From a virus: a stretch of 62,873 nucleotides of DNA. The stretch covers positions 1 to 62,873 of the IMG/VR virus record IMGVR_UViG_3300008886_000002, one strand, 5' to 3'. Below the pieces are notes generated by a model that ran no database searches, was not told the origin of the DNA, and saw nothing but the letters and a program-made list of their open reading frames with translations. Positions 61,477-62,873 of this stretch are shown here, in pieces. The stretch's first letter is position 1. Each line of letters begins with the position of its first letter. Both the position numbers and the translations under genes were made by a program.

Positions 61477-62082
61477 ATGGCGTTCACCGGGAACACCACC
61501 AACGTCGTTCTCCCCTCACCGAAGAATCTCCCCACCATCGGCGGCCTGTACAAGGTCCCGATCGGTATGGCCATCCCCACGGACATCGTTCCGGCGGTGA
61601 CGACCGCGTATGCGACGGCGAAGCTGTTGGGGTTCATCGCTGAGGATGGCATCAAGTTTGACGAGAACCGTCCCACCACGAAGATTTATGCGTGGGGTTC
61701 GGACATCGTCGCCAACCCGCAGCAGTCGTTCGACGAGACCATGTCGTTCACTCTGTACGAGTTCCTGAATGCTGATGCTGCGAAGGCGGCGTACGGATCG
61801 GCGAATGTGACGGCGACGGTGGCGGATTCGACGCACGGTAATCGACTGTCGATTTCGGTGACGTCGGACGCTTTGGACACGTCGGCGTGGATCATTGACA
61901 CGTTCTCTCCGGGTGGGAAGCGGATTCAGTTCTTCGTTCCGTTGGCGCAGGTGGTGAACAAGGGCACGATGACGATGAACAACAAGTCCGTGTTGGCGCA
62001 TGATTTGACGGTGGAGATGTTCCCCGACGCCAACGGCAAGTACAAGTACATTCGCACCGATGATGGGCAGCTGTCGGCGTGA
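61477..62082 (+). CDS. Major tail protein
   Basis: ggaagga SD. 201 aa, directly upstream of the chaperone pair. Confidence 0.8.
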   Translation: MAFTGNTTNVVLPSPKNLPTIGGLYKVPIGMAIPTDIVPAVTTAYATAKLLGFIAEDGIKFDENRPTTKIYAWGSDIVANPQQSFDETMSFTLYEFLNADAAKAAYGSANVTATVADSTHGNRLSISVTSDALDTSAWIIDTFSPGGKRIQFFVPLAQVVNKGTMTMNNKSVLAHDLTVEMFPDANGKYKYIRTDDGQLSA

Positions 62083-62444
62083 CCATGACAGCACCGAAGA
62101 AGAAGTTGAAGGCCGAGTCGGATGTGGAAACCGTTGACGCGCCTCCGGTCAAACCGGGGGAGCCGGGTTATGACTGGTCGCAGGACTACCCCGACGAGAA
62201 ATTCATGGTGTACACCGCGAAAAGTGGTGTCACCGTGGGATTGGCGGCCAGCAAGGGCCGTATCAAGCCGGGTGATTTCCGTCGGATGTCGCACATGCAG
62301 GACTGGCAGGCCACGTTCTACATGATCGAGAAGATCGCTTCCCCCGCCGCTTTGGCGGTGTCCGACGACTTCGACGACGACGAGTATTCGGACATGATGA
62401 CCGCTTGGACTGAGTGGGCGAACACGACTGTGGGGGAATCTTAG
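62079..62444 (+). CDS. Tail assembly chaperone (G-like, unshifted product)
   Basis: GTGA overlap with the major tail stop. 121 aa. Its 3' end overlaps a -1 frame ORF. Confidence 0.8.
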   Translation: MTMTAPKKKLKAESDVETVDAPPVKPGEPGYDWSQDYPDEKFMVYTAKSGVTVGLAASKGRIKPGDFRRMSHMQDWQATFYMIEKIASPAALAVSDDFDDDEYSDMMTAWTEWANTTVGES

Positions 62445-62824
62445 GCGCCCTGAGGGTCCTCGAGGATCATTGGGGACCTGTCGGGCGCGACCTCGCCGCG
62501 TGCCGGTACACGTGGGATGACGTGTGCACGGACGTTCTCCCACTTGATCAGTTCGTCCAGTTCGTGGTGTACGCCCCCCCAGGGACGGCTGTGTTCCATG
62601 TCGTGAATGAGGGGTGGACAGCGGACACGCATCAGCTCACCAGCCTCATCGAGGTTGCGCAGGTGTTGTTGTGGAGCAAGACGAAGGATGCGTTGGAGAA
62701 GCATCCACGGAACTTCCCGGAGCCCTTGTATCGACCGGGGTCGAAAGCGCAGCAGGTTTCGAACGAGCCTGCATTCACCGTTGAGGACTACCTACGCCTG
62801 ACCGGCAGCACTGATGGCACCTGA
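62079..62824 (+). CDS. Tail assembly chaperone, -1 frameshift fusion (G-T-like)
   Basis: The frame of ORF 62414..62824 is -1 relative to 62079. A G5 run at 62432-62436 lets Gly-tRNA re-pair from GGG to GGG 9 nt before the stop. It ends at the window junction just before the TMP. Confidence 0.7.
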
Positions 62825-62873
62825 AGGAAGGAGGTAACAATTCATGGCGTCCATCGCCGACGTGTTTTGTGAC
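62819..62873. repeat. 55-bp terminal direct repeat identical to 1..55
   Basis: Exact duplicate of the window start. Confidence 0.95.

Overview
The window is one complete, circularly closed phage genome. The first 55 nt are repeated exactly as the last 55 nt, so the unique unit is 62,818 bp. It looks like a GC-rich temperate siphovirus of a mycolic-acid actinobacterium (Mycobacterium/Gordonia-like). The evidence for that host is a LysB esterase, an Rpf-like motif in the tape measure protein, and an attP core that reads as the 3' end of an actinobacterial tmRNA or tRNA-Ala gene.

Gene order, with the window origin falling between the tail chaperones and the tape measure:
- 51-19.5 kb: tape measure protein and a very long minor-tail block.
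- 19.7-25.5 kb: lysis cassette (S53 peptidase, LysA, holin, LysB, membrane proteins).
- 25.6-27.8 kb: a leftward operon of small genes.
- 27.95-29.9 kb: attP, an HNH gene and a tyrosine integrase.
- 29.9-33.6 kb: small regulators and an array of tiny Cys-rich genes.
- 34.0-35.0 kb: divergent repressor/Cro switch with three GGTTGC-N6-GCAACC palindromes.
- 35-48.8 kb: about 45 tightly coupled early genes.
- 48.9-62.8 kb: late region (HNH, terminase, portal, MuF, scaffold, capsid, connectors, major tail, frameshifted chaperones).

Most notable observations:
- A 160-aa mini-intein sits inside a minor tail protein.
- An IS3-family element with a 3-bp target duplication has split a paralogue of a tail gene.
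- An antisense GT87-like membrane glycosyltransferase lies inside the tail block.
- Two orphan MbcA/ParS-type antitoxin domains flank the integrase.
- The genome carries nine HNH endonuclease genes.
- A conserved 15-nt junction motif is shared by a run of mini-genes.

All function calls rest on motifs read by eye. No database search was possible.
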